Source: Spirochaetes bacterium ADurb.Bin218 (lineage in GTDB: Bacteria > Spirochaetota > UBA4802 > UBA5550). Taken from it: a stretch of 64,000 nt of DNA. Positions 29,456 through 38,867 of the stretch are shown in pieces. The position numbers were made by a program, and so were the translations under genes. The DNA lies in assembly GCA_002069965.1 (NCBI GenBank), contig MWCI01000011.1, positions 2,285-66,284 of the forward strand, written 5' to 3'. Each line of letters opens with the position of its first letter. Position 1 is the first letter of the stretch. Below the pieces are notes generated by a model. It had not been told where the DNA came from. It made no database searches and was given only the letters and a program-made list of their open reading frames with translations.

Positions 29456-29646
29456 TGATTACACTTCATAAGCTAAATGGAGAATCCTTTTTGCTCAATG
29501 CAAGTCATATAGAGACCATAGAAAGTAAGCCAGATACAGTAATAACTCTTACAAACGATAGAAAGTATATTGTTCAAGAAACTCCTGAAGAGGTCCTTGT
29601 TAAAATTGATAATGCTATAAAAAATGGTATTGTCTTATTAAAATAA
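29452..29646 (+). CDS. flbD: flagellar protein FlbD (SwrD-like)
   Basis: 64 aa; MITLHKLNGESFLLNASHIETIE...TLTNDRKYIVQE is the typical FlbD pattern. Confidence 0.85.
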   Translation: MMITLHKLNGESFLLNASHIETIESKPDTVITLTNDRKYIVQETPEEVLVKIDNAIKNGIVLLK

Positions 29647-29686
29647 AGATTACATTTATTTTTAACTCTCTTAGCTTTTATTAACT

Positions 29687-29713
29687 CAAAATATTTACAT
29701 TTAAGGCCGATTA
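29687..29713 (+). promoter_or_regulatory. candidate sigma-28 (FliA) promoter upstream of fliL
   Basis: CAAA-N15-GCCGATTA versus consensus TAAA-N15-GCCGATAA (3/4 and 7/8). Confidence 0.4.
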
Positions 29714-29770
29714 GATTATAAAAGAGGCACTATTGTTATATGAATATTTTAAGCTAAATGAATAAATTAA

Positions 29771-29800
29771 TTGACATGAATAATTAAAATATGTTATTAT
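29771..29800 (+). promoter_or_regulatory. candidate sigma-70 promoter upstream of fliL
   Basis: TTGACA (29771-29776), 18-nt spacer, TATTAT (29795-29800). AT-rich context raises the false-positive risk. Confidence 0.4.
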
Positions 29801-29887
29801 GTCTCATAATTATGTTCATTTGCTCTGTGCTGTCTTTTTTGTAACCTTGCACAAGGTTGTTGCTTATAATAAATATGGTGGTTTCAT

Positions 29888-30412
29888 ATGGCTGATGATG
29901 ATAGAGATTTAGCTGAAGAGGAGAGTGGTGGGTCTGCTTCGGAGACGAGCAGTGCGGCTACTTCTAAAATTGTAAAGATCCTTCTGTATGTTGCAGGGGG
30001 TATTATACTTGTGCTTCTGGTAACAGGTATATCCTATCTTGTGTCTACGACTGTTACAGAAAGCAAAAGAGAGAAGAGTTATGATATAATTGCAGCTCCG
30101 CCTCCAGAGCCTCTGGCAACCTTTGAGCTTCCACCATTTTCTAAGTCAACGGCGGATGCAGAGCCACATTTTATAAAGATGACTATTTCTCTTGCTTATG
30201 AAGCAAGTCCTTTGATGAGTGCAGAGCTTGCCAATAGGAGGGATGAGATTCAACATATTGTAAATGTAATACTTCAGGGTAAAACAGTTGAGGATCTTAA
30301 AGATAAAGATGATATGATTACTCTTTCTGAGGAGATTAAGGCACATATAAATCTCAGACTTATAGCTGGTAAGATTAAAGAAGTTTATTTTAAAGAATAC
30401 CTTGTGAATTAG
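29888..30412 (+). CDS. fliL: flagellar basal-body-associated protein FliL
   Basis: 174 aa with a single N-terminal TM. HFIKMTISLAY...RRDEIQHIVNVIL is FliL-like. Confidence 0.8.
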   Translation: MADDDRDLAEEESGGSASETSSAATSKIVKILLYVAGGIILVLLVTGISYLVSTTVTESKREKSYDIIAAPPPEPLATFELPPFSKSTADAEPHFIKMTISLAYEASPLMSAELANRRDEIQHIVNVILQGKTVEDLKDKDDMITLSEEIKAHINLRLIAGKIKEVYFKEYLVN

Positions 30413-30479
30413 ATTATAATTTTTTGTTGCTATACTTTTTGTTTGGCTTGTCGCTTGATAATTTTTACTGGAGGAATTT

Positions 30480-31529
30480 ATGGGAGACGGCTCCTTATCA
30501 CAAGACGAAATTGATGCTCTGTTACAGGGAGCGGATGATATAGTTTCAGGTCCAGAACCTTCCATGGGTTTTGACGCTCCTCCTTCCCGTGGAGCTTCTT
30601 CTTTTTCTCCTATGGAGAGTAATAATATTCGCAATATCTTGAATTCTTCCATATCCGCTGTTGCTCCTGCTTTGAGTGGATATCTTGGCGGCCGTAATCT
30701 GGTTTTTTCAAATCCAGTGGTTGAGGCCAAGCCTCAGGAGACCATGAGGAATGATTTCCGTGGGAGATTTGTGCAGGTTGCAGTGAATTTCACAGGGGCA
30801 ATCTCTGGACGGAATTTAGTAGTCTTCAACTATAGAGATGCTGGTATAATATCCTCTCTGATGATGGGTGATGATAGCGGCACACCTCCTGCAGAAATAA
30901 CTGATGCTCATCAAAGCACAATTCAGGAGTTTACAAATCAGCTTATATCCTCCCTTGCTACGCAATTTAGTGGTAAGGTGGGAGGTGGTATTGGGACATC
31001 CCCTGCTGTTGTATCTGTTGCAAATACACCAGCAGAGCTTCAATTACCTCCTGGCGAAGTTATAAAGATCACCTATGACATGACAATAGATGGAATTCTC
31101 AATTCAAAACTTTATCATATTATAGATGCGGGAATTGCTGGTGTTCTTGGGACTCTTGGCGCACCTCAAGTGTCACCTCAGCCTCAATATCAATATACTC
31201 CACCTCAGGCGCAAATAAGCTCAGTGCGTTTTCCTCAAATGGGAGAGAGTATCTCTTCAGGTGGCTATGGTGATATTAGCCTTCTTCTTGATGTGGAGAT
31301 GACACTGACTGTGGAACTTGGAAGAACCACAAAACTTGTTAAGGATATACTTGGACTGGGTGAAGGCTCAATTATTGAGCTTGATAAACTCGCTGGTGAA
31401 CCTGTAGACCTCCTTGTAAATGGAAAGCTTATAGCTAAGGGGGAGGTTGTTGTTATTGATGAAAATTTTGGTGTTCGTGTAACTGATATTGTAAGTCAGG
31501 ACGAAAGATTTAAATCTATTAACAGATAG
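30480..31529 (+). CDS. fliY: flagellar switch protein FliY (CheC-like middle domain + FliN C-terminus)
   Basis: N-terminal LSQDEIDALL peptide; one [DS]-x3-E-x2-N motif (STIQEFTN); C-terminal FliN/SpoA domain (LTVELGRT...LLVNGKLIAKGEVVVIDENFGVRV). Confidence 0.85.
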   Translation: MGDGSLSQDEIDALLQGADDIVSGPEPSMGFDAPPSRGASSFSPMESNNIRNILNSSISAVAPALSGYLGGRNLVFSNPVVEAKPQETMRNDFRGRFVQVAVNFTGAISGRNLVVFNYRDAGIISSLMMGDDSGTPPAEITDAHQSTIQEFTNQLISSLATQFSGKVGGGIGTSPAVVSVANTPAELQLPPGEVIKITYDMTIDGILNSKLYHIIDAGIAGVLGTLGAPQVSPQPQYQYTPPQAQISSVRFPQMGESISSGGYGDISLLLDVEMTLTVELGRTTKLVKDILGLGEGSIIELDKLAGEPVDLLVNGKLIAKGEVVVIDENFGVRVTDIVSQDERFKSINR

Positions 31530-31564
31530 CTTATTTAAAAAATTTTTTTGGAATCTGGATAAAT

Positions 31565-32302
31565 ATGAGACATAATGTATCACTATCTTATCGCCATAAA
31601 TTAAACTTTAGCACAGCTTTTTTTGCCTTTGTGTTGATAGTTTTTTTGAATTGCCTTTCATTCTCAGCTTTAGCTCAGAACTCTTCTAATGGTCAGATCA
31701 CGCAGCAAGGTCAAAGCGAGACTAAAGCAGAAGAAAAAGTTCCAGGCCAGGCCTTTGATGAAAGGGCTTTCGGCCCTCAGGTAGAGGAGGAGTCCTTTGT
31801 CTGGATGATTATAAAAACTATTTTTGTTCTTGGGCTTTTTGCTGGTGGTTTTTATTTATTTTATAAATTTGTGACTCAAAAGGCGGGATTGCAGGTATCC
31901 GGGCATGAGGCCATAAGGATTCTCTCTATGGTTCCTGTTGGGCCAAATAAAACTCTTCAGCTTATTGATATCGCAGGTAAAATTTATCTTATAGGGGTAT
32001 CTGAAAGTGGAATAAATCTCCTTACAGAAATAGAGGCAAAGGATGAAATCGATAGAATAAGATTGCTTAGCTCAAGATCAACTCCTATCAAAGAACTGAC
32101 TTTTCAGGATTTTCTTGGACAGCAGATAGGATGGGTCATTGACCGTGTTTCTGATATAAAAGATAGATTTACAGATAAAAAATCAGCAAAGGGACCAACT
32201 GGCACAAAGAGAACATCGCTGGAAGAGCGAGATGTAGATTTGAGTTATTTATCCAGACAAAAAAGCAGACTAAAAAAAATGAATGGTGATGATGAAGAAT
32301 AA
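31565..32302 (+). CDS. fliO: flagellar export protein FliO/FliZ (extended form)
   Basis: Position before fliP; TM helix followed by IRILSMVPVGPNKTLQLIDIAGKIYLIGVSE, a FliO-like core. Confidence 0.6.
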   Translation: MRHNVSLSYRHKLNFSTAFFAFVLIVFLNCLSFSALAQNSSNGQITQQGQSETKAEEKVPGQAFDERAFGPQVEEESFVWMIIKTIFVLGLFAGGFYLFYKFVTQKAGLQVSGHEAIRILSMVPVGPNKTLQLIDIAGKIYLIGVSESGINLLTEIEAKDEIDRIRLLSSRSTPIKELTFQDFLGQQIGWVIDRVSDIKDRFTDKKSAKGPTGTKRTSLEERDVDLSYLSRQKSRLKKMNGDDEE

Positions 32303-33056
32303 GAGATTTTTATTTTTGACTTTTGCTCTTTTGCTTGTGCCTGCTGCATTGCTTGCCCAGAATGCAGGGGGAGTTACTATGCCAATACCAAAAATAACTT
32401 TCAATGTTACTGAGGCAAATAATCCAAAAGATGTCGCATTGAGTTTACAGATATTATTCCTTTTATCGATACTTACACTTGCACCTTCTATTATAATAAT
32501 GATGACTGCCTTTACCCGTGTGGTCATAGTCCTTGACTTTGTTAAAAGAGCTTTATCTTTACAGCAGATGCCGCCAAATCAGGTTATTGTTGGACTGTCT
32601 TTGTTTTTAACTTTTTTTATCATGGCTCCTACCTTTACCGAAATAAACGAAAAGGCTCTTCAGCCCTATCTTAATGGTCAGATCTCAAATCAACAGTTTT
32701 TCGACAGAAGTATGGAACCAATGAGAGAATTTATGTTTAGACAGACAAGAGAAAAGGATATTGCACTTTTTGTTAAGCTTGCAAAGATTGAAAAGCCCAA
32801 GTCCAAAAAGGATATTCCTTCTTATTGTTTGATACCTGCTTTCATGATTAGCGAGTTAAGAATTGCCTTTGAAATTGGCGTTTTGCTTTTTTTGCCTTTT
32901 ATTGTGATAGATATGATTATTGCAAGTGCTCTTATGGCAATGGGTATGATTATGTTGCCACCAGTTATGATATCGCTGCCTTTTAAGCTGATTTTGTTTA
33001 TATTGGTCGATGGCTGGAATTTGTTAGTCTATGAGCTTGTTAGATCCTTTAAATGA
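32283..33056 (+). CDS. fliP: flagellar export apparatus protein FliP
   Basis: Signal sequence plus the conserved TAFTRVVIVLDFVKRALSLQQMPPNQV segment. Confidence 0.95.
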   Translation: MVMMKNKRFLFLTFALLLVPAALLAQNAGGVTMPIPKITFNVTEANNPKDVALSLQILFLLSILTLAPSIIIMMTAFTRVVIVLDFVKRALSLQQMPPNQVIVGLSLFLTFFIMAPTFTEINEKALQPYLNGQISNQQFFDRSMEPMREFMFRQTREKDIALFVKLAKIEKPKSKKDIPSYCLIPAFMISELRIAFEIGVLLFLPFIVIDMIIASALMAMGMIMLPPVMISLPFKLILFILVDGWNLLVYELVRSFK

Positions 33057-33067
33057 AGAGGTAAACT

Positions 33068-33340
33068 ATGACCGATCTTATGGTGATTAAAATAATGCGA
33101 GAGTCTTTAATGACTGTATTGATAGTTTCTGCTCCAATTCTTGGTGTTGGTATGTTTGTAGGCCTTATTATTTCCATTATTCAAACAACCACTTCTATTC
33201 AGGAGCAGACTCTTACTTTTGTCCCAAAAATTGTGGCAATATTTATCACTATTATCCTGCTTGGGTCATGGATGATTAGAGTTTTAGTAAATTATACAAA
33301 TAATATATTCTTTCTAATAGAAAAGATAGGGATGGGTTAA
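33068..33340 (+). CDS. fliQ: flagellar export apparatus protein FliQ
   Basis: 90 aa with two TM helices; IQTTTSIQEQTLTFVPK motif. Confidence 0.9.
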   Translation: MTDLMVIKIMRESLMTVLIVSAPILGVGMFVGLIISIIQTTTSIQEQTLTFVPKIVAIFITIILLGSWMIRVLVNYTNNIFFLIEKIGMG

Positions 33341-33350
33341 TACTTAGACG

Positions 33351-34130
33351 ATGGAATATTTTGTAACTAATTTTCAGGCATTCCTCCTTGTTCTTATCAG
33401 GATAAATGCAATGATGATGGTAGCCCCATTTTTTTCCAGTGGGGTTATTCCATTACGTCTAAAGGCTATGCTTTCTTTTTTAATAACATTGGTTGTTTTT
33501 CCTGTTCTCTCTGCAACAACCGTAAAAGTTCCTGGCACCATGGGTCTTTATTATTTACTTGTATTGCAGGAAGTGGCCATTGGTATTTTCATTGGATTTC
33601 TTGTTTCTATAATATTTTCTGCATTTCAGCTTTCGGGACAATATTATGCAGCTCAAATTGGCTTTGGTATAAATGAGGTTTATGATCCTCTGGCTCAGGT
33701 TTCTGTTCCACTATTGGGCCAGATGAAGAACTTTATAGGAATACTTGTGTTTTTATTTATCAACGGCCATCATTTTTTGATAGAGGCTATATGTCGTTCT
33801 TTTGAACTTGCTCCTTTCTTTGGAGTAAGCAAGGCCGCTACAGGTGGTTTTTTGAAATACATTGTCTATGCCTTCAGTGGTATGTTTATTGTAGCTCTGA
33901 AGATTGCTCTTCCCATTGTTGCTGTGTCTTTTTTAATTTCTGTTTCTATGGGAGTGCTTGCAAAGGCTGCTCCTCAGATGAACATTATGATGCTTGGCTT
34001 TCCTTTTCAGATCTTTGGAGCTTTTCTGTTGCTTATAATTACAACGCCAATGGTAATTAAGATTATGCAGGTGGCAATCGAGAGGAGTATTAAATTTTTA
34101 ACGGGGGTATTGCTACATTGGCCAGGTTAA
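33351..34130 (+). CDS. fliR: flagellar export apparatus protein FliR
   Basis: 259 aa, polytopic, in the conserved fliPQR order. Confidence 0.9.
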   Translation: MEYFVTNFQAFLLVLIRINAMMMVAPFFSSGVIPLRLKAMLSFLITLVVFPVLSATTVKVPGTMGLYYLLVLQEVAIGIFIGFLVSIIFSAFQLSGQYYAAQIGFGINEVYDPLAQVSVPLLGQMKNFIGILVFLFINGHHFLIEAICRSFELAPFFGVSKAATGGFLKYIVYAFSGMFIVALKIALPIVAVSFLISVSMGVLAKAAPQMNIMMLGFPFQIFGAFLLLIITTPMVIKIMQVAIERSIKFLTGVLLHWPG

Positions 34131-35290
34131 CTGACATGACTGATTTTTTGACTCAGCATTATTTGCACCATGACCCCTTTCTGGATTTTAGGATTGATCT
34201 GCAACTTTTTGCTGCTGAGGATGAAGGTCGTACAGAAGAGCCTACAGAAAAGAAGTTACGGGAAGCAAGAGAGAAGGGACAGGTTGCCAAAACTGCTGAA
34301 TATCCACAGGCTGTTGTAGTCCTTGCAGGATGCTTTGCTTTGTTTATATTTGGATCATGGATATATGACTCTCTGGCTATGATTACAAAATATTATTTTT
34401 CGTCATTTTCACGAATTGTATTTTCTGAGCGCAATATTAAACTGGAACTTTTAAAGCTTATTCTGGAATCAGCTAAGTTGCTTTTCCCTATTTTTCTTGC
34501 AGCAAATATTGCTGCAATCATTTCTGAGGTTTCTCAAGTTGGATTTCAGATATCCACTCATCCTTTGCAGCCTGATTGGAATAAGATACGTTTTGACCCT
34601 GCAACCATGTTCAGGAAGATATTTTTTTCAAGACAGGTTTTTATAAATCTTGTGAAATCAATCGCCAAGGTTGTTATTCTGGGCTTTGTGACCTATCTCA
34701 TTATTGCAAATGATTTTGATGAGATAATAAAAACCCCTGATATCTCTATTGGGCTTGCTATGAAAAATATACTTTTCATAGCCTTTAAGATTATTGTATG
34801 GAGTGCAGTTGTTTTGCTAATAATATCAGTTCCTGATTACTTTTTCCAGAAGATGGAATTTATTGAATCTCTAAAAATGACCAAGCAGGAAGTAAAAGAA
34901 GAATGGAAGGAGACCATTGGAGATCCTCATATTCGTGCAAGGATGAGGGAGATGCAGAGAGAAATTCTTATGAGAAACATGATTCGTGAGGTCCCAAAGG
35001 CTGATGTGGTTGTTACCAATCCAACTCACTATGCTGTTGCACTTAAATACGATAGAGAAACAATGATCGCTCCTACTGTGATTGCCAAGGGTGTTGATAG
35101 CATGGCTCTTAAAATAAGAGAGGTTGCACGGGAAAATAATATTGAGATTATTGAAAACAGGCCTCTTGCGCAGGAGCTTTATAATAGGCTTGATATAGGT
35201 GATGTTATTCCAGAGGATCTCTTTAGGGCTGTTTCGTATATATATGCTGAGCTTTACAAAAGACAGGATAAGCTCAGAGAGATTGTCTAA
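34118..35290 (+). CDS. flhB: flagellar export switch protein FlhB
   Basis: DLQLFAAEDEGRTEEPTEKKLREAREKGQVAKT N-terminus and NPTH autocleavage site (TNPTHYAVAL). Start is TTG 34118 or ATG 34136. Confidence 0.9.
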   Translation: MARLTDMTDFLTQHYLHHDPFLDFRIDLQLFAAEDEGRTEEPTEKKLREAREKGQVAKTAEYPQAVVVLAGCFALFIFGSWIYDSLAMITKYYFSSFSRIVFSERNIKLELLKLILESAKLLFPIFLAANIAAIISEVSQVGFQISTHPLQPDWNKIRFDPATMFRKIFFSRQVFINLVKSIAKVVILGFVTYLIIANDFDEIIKTPDISIGLAMKNILFIAFKIIVWSAVVLLIISVPDYFFQKMEFIESLKMTKQEVKEEWKETIGDPHIRARMREMQREILMRNMIREVPKADVVVTNPTHYAVALKYDRETMIAPTVIAKGVDSMALKIREVARENNIEIIENRPLAQELYNRLDIGDVIPEDLFRAVSYIYAELYKRQDKLREIV

Positions 35291-35358
35291 TTTTTTATGG
35301 TTCATGAGGCTTTGAGAGTTTTCATGGCATAATGGTTTTAACTTTACAGGAGTAAACT

Positions 35359-37452
35359 ATGGCAGAAGGTAGATTATCCCTTGCACCTGGCAACAGGCAG
35401 TGGATGCAAAAGACTGACATACTCATGGGAATAGGTGTCATTGTAGTAGTAATGATGCTTATTATTCCTTTGCCAACGATTATTCTTGATTTTCTCATGG
35501 CCGTAAGCATCATGATTGGGCTGCTTGTTTTGATGATTGTTCTGTTTGTCCATAGATCTTTTGATTTTTCTATATTCCCATCATTGCTTCTAATTACAAC
35601 TATCTACAGGCTTGCACTTAATGTATCTTCAACACGTCTCATTTTGCTTGAGGGAGCGGCATTTGACGGTAAGATCATTCGAACATTTGGGAACTTTGTT
35701 GTCGGTGGTAATTATGTTGTCGGCTTTATAATATTTATAGTTCTTGTTGCTGTCCAGTTTATTGTAATAACAAAAGGTGCAACAAGAACAGCAGAAGTTG
35801 CTGCAAGGTTTACATTGGATGCAATGCCAGGTAAGCAGATGAGTATTGACTCAGACTTAAGTAATGGACTTATAACAGAGGAGATTGCACGGCAGAGGCG
35901 TGAGGAAATTCGAAAAGAGGCTGATTTTTATGGAGCCATGGATGGAGCCTCAAAGTTTGTGCAGGGAGATGTTAAGGTAGGTATCATCATAACTGTTATA
36001 AATATAGTCGGTGGTTTTATTATTGGAATGGTGCAAAGAAATGAAAGCTTTGATGTTGCGCTTAGAACCTATACATTGCTTTCCATAGGTGATGGTCTTG
36101 TAAGTCAGATCCCCTCTCTTTTGATTACAACTGCAACAGGTATTATTGTTACAAGAGCTGTTTCCAATGAAAATTTTGGTGATCAAATATCACAGCAGCT
36201 TTCGGCCCAACCAAGAGCTCTTTATATAACAGCAGGGGCTCTGGCTGCGGGGATTCTTATCCCTGGATTTCCAAAGATTTCTCTTATTTTGCTTTCAGGC
36301 TCTCTTGCAGGTCTTGCATATTTGCTCACTCAGACTCAGCAGGAAGAATTGCAGCATAAAGAGATTGAAGCAAGGCAGGCTGCTGCAAAGGAAAGCAAAC
36401 CTGAATCAGTTTTACCGCTTATACAGATTGATCCCCTTGAGGTTGAAATTGGTTATAATCTTATCCCACTTGTAGATCCGGAACAAGGGGGAACCTTGCT
36501 TGATAGAATAACAAACATTAGAAGACGAAGTGCCCTTGATATGGGACTTATTGTCCCTCCTATAAGAATAAGGGATAATATGGAGCTTGAACCAGAGGTC
36601 TATTCAATATTGATTAAGGGAGTTGAGGTTGGACGAGGTAAGCTGCAGGTTGGAAAGCTCATGGCTATGGATTCTGGAGATGTAAGAGAAAAGATAACAG
36701 GGGTTGAATTCATTGAACCAGTATTTAACCTCAATGCAATATGGATTGAACCGGATGTCAGGGATCTTGCGGAAAGCAGAGGATACACTGTGGTGGATTG
36801 CCCCACGATAATAGCAACTCATCTAACAGAAATTATCAAGAGACATGCTGATGAAATTCTTGGACGGGAAGAGGTGAAAAAACTCATTGATAATATCAGA
36901 AACGATTATCCTGCTGTGGTCAAAGAGGTTGAGGAAAGGATTAAATATGGTGAGATCCAGAAGGTGCTTCAAAATCTTCTTCGTGAAAGAGTTTCGATCA
37001 GGAATATGGTTACAATACTTGAAACATTGGCCACCTATTATAATTACACACAGGATACGGGAATGCTAACAGAGTATGTGAGAGGTGCTCTCTCAAGACA
37101 GATTGTTGGTTCCCTTGTAAATGAGGATAATGTCCTTTCTGTTATAACTGTTGATCCAGAGATAGAAAGCATTATTCGAAATTCAATTTATGAAGATCCT
37201 GTTGAGGGCAGAGTGGTTGGTATGGATCCTGATACTCACAATATCGTTGTAAATTCTCTCCTTGAGGCATATACAAGAGCATCAAGAATGGGATTTTCGC
37301 CAATATTTCTGGTTTCACCTCAAATCAGAAGCGTTACCTTTGCTCTTCTGGAAAGGGAGATTCAGGCACCAGTAGTTCTGGCATATAATGAAATTCCAAA
37401 AAATATAAAGGTTAATATAGTTGTATCGGCATTACTGCCTGCTACAGCTTAG
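35359..37452 (+). CDS. flhA: flagellar export gate protein FlhA
   Basis: 697 aa; conserved FVVGGNYVVGFIIFIVL...ITKGATRTAEVAARFTLDAMPGKQMSID segment. Confidence 0.95.
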   Translation: MAEGRLSLAPGNRQWMQKTDILMGIGVIVVVMMLIIPLPTIILDFLMAVSIMIGLLVLMIVLFVHRSFDFSIFPSLLLITTIYRLALNVSSTRLILLEGAAFDGKIIRTFGNFVVGGNYVVGFIIFIVLVAVQFIVITKGATRTAEVAARFTLDAMPGKQMSIDSDLSNGLITEEIARQRREEIRKEADFYGAMDGASKFVQGDVKVGIIITVINIVGGFIIGMVQRNESFDVALRTYTLLSIGDGLVSQIPSLLITTATGIIVTRAVSNENFGDQISQQLSAQPRALYITAGALAAGILIPGFPKISLILLSGSLAGLAYLLTQTQQEELQHKEIEARQAAAKESKPESVLPLIQIDPLEVEIGYNLIPLVDPEQGGTLLDRITNIRRRSALDMGLIVPPIRIRDNMELEPEVYSILIKGVEVGRGKLQVGKLMAMDSGDVREKITGVEFIEPVFNLNAIWIEPDVRDLAESRGYTVVDCPTIIATHLTEIIKRHADEILGREEVKKLIDNIRNDYPAVVKEVEERIKYGEIQKVLQNLLRERVSIRNMVTILETLATYYNYTQDTGMLTEYVRGALSRQIVGSLVNEDNVLSVITVDPEIESIIRNSIYEDPVEGRVVGMDPDTHNIVVNSLLEAYTRASRMGFSPIFLVSPQIRSVTFALLEREIQAPVVLAYNEIPKNIKVNIVVSALLPATA

Positions 37453-37499
37453 ATTGGAATATTGTGTAAAACGAAATAAATTTATAGGGAGTTAAGAGA

Positions 37500-38867
37500 A
37501 TGAAATACGTAAAGATTGTTGCAGAAAACTATAATGAGGCTATTAAAAAATTGAGAATTGACCATGGAGATGATGCAATCCCAATCAGTCATAAGTATAT
37601 CAAAGAAGGAGGTCTTTTTAAGAGTAAGCTCTTTGCAAAGGAGGTCGTGGAGCTTACAGCAGCAGTGAAGGATAAAAGACCTTTCCCAGGAGCTTCTTTA
37701 TCTTCTCAAAAGAAGAGCACTTTTGATTTTATTGTTGATGATAAAAATGAGCCAGTTAAAAGTAGTAAGGTGCAGGAGATTATCGATAGAGCATCTTCCT
37801 CTGCTTCATTAAAAGTTGATTCGATCAACAAATCTATTGATAGTCTCAATGACAGCCTTAATAGCCTTAAAAAACCTGCATCCTCATTTAACTCCGATCC
37901 AGTTGAGAAAGTCATACCACAGGCTGCTTTGAATATTCCGTCAAAAGAAAAAATTGTCACAGATGATAGCAATGATGAGCTTGTTAAGCATATAGAAAAG
38001 GAAGTTCACGAAATAAAAGCTGCTTTAAATAAGCTCATAGAAAATCAGTCAAAGGAAAAAAATATAATAGAAGAAGATTCTCAACTTGCTCCTGTAAGGG
38101 AAATTTTATTAAATAATGATTTTGATCCACAGGAATGTGAGTATATTATAAGAGAAGTGAGAAATAGCATTAGCAGAGAAGAGCTTAAAGACAAATACAA
38201 AATAGAGAAGAGTTTAAAAGAATTATTGAAGGGACGAATAGTAACTACAGGTCCAATTCAAAAGGGAAGTAGAAAGAAAATTATTATGTTTATAGGCCCA
38301 ACAGGTGTTGGAAAAACTACGACTATGGCCAAGCTTGGTGCTATTCATTCCCTCAGGGAGGGAAATAAAGTTGCTTTTATAACAATAGATAATTATAGAA
38401 TAGCAGCTACAGAGCAGCTAAAGAAATATGCAGAAATAATGAGAATACCTATACATGTGGTAAGTGAACAAAAACAGTTTAAAGATGTCATTGCCAAAGA
38501 AAAGGCAGATATAATAATGGTTGATACTTCCGGGAGAAGCCATAAAAATGAGCTTAAGATTGCTGAAATAAAGAGCTTTGCGGAGACAATTGATTTTGAC
38601 TTTGAAAAAATTCTCTGCGTTAGTGCAAATACAAAAAAAACAGATCTGGAGCAGATATTTAAATCTTTCAATGTAATGGATTTTGATAGTGTAATAATTA
38701 CAAAGGTAGATGAAACTTCTTATATTGGGAATGTCATCAATGTTGCCGATAAATATAATAAGCCCATTTCTTATTTTACCAATGGGCAGGAGGTTCCCAA
38801 TGATATACGTGTTGCAGATGCTGAAGAGATTGCTGACATGATAGTTCGGGAACCAGTTAATCAATGA
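37500..38867 (+). CDS. flhF: flagellar SRP-type GTPase FlhF
   Basis: GPTGVGKTTT, DTSGR and TKVDE GTPase motifs in the C-terminal half. Confidence 0.85.
   Translation: MKYVKIVAENYNEAIKKLRIDHGDDAIPISHKYIKEGGLFKSKLFAKEVVELTAAVKDKRPFPGASLSSQKKSTFDFIVDDKNEPVKSSKVQEIIDRASSSASLKVDSINKSIDSLNDSLNSLKKPASSFNSDPVEKVIPQAALNIPSKEKIVTDDSNDELVKHIEKEVHEIKAALNKLIENQSKEKNIIEEDSQLAPVREILLNNDFDPQECEYIIREVRNSISREELKDKYKIEKSLKELLKGRIVTTGPIQKGSRKKIIMFIGPTGVGKTTTMAKLGAIHSLREGNKVAFITIDNYRIAATEQLKKYAEIMRIPIHVVSEQKQFKDVIAKEKADIIMVDTSGRSHKNELKIAEIKSFAETIDFDFEKILCVSANTKKTDLEQIFKSFNVMDFDSVIITKVDETSYIGNVINVADKYNKPISYFTNGQEVPNDIRVADAEEIADMIVREPVNQ

Noticed and set aside
30480-31529. Possibility that this ORF is FliM or a FliM-FliN fusion
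   Set aside because: The LSQDEIDALL peptide is shared by FliM and FliY. The middle region carries a CheC-type S-x3-E-x2-N motif, and the 349-aa length fits FliY (CheC-like domain plus FliN) better than FliM. A profile search is still needed.
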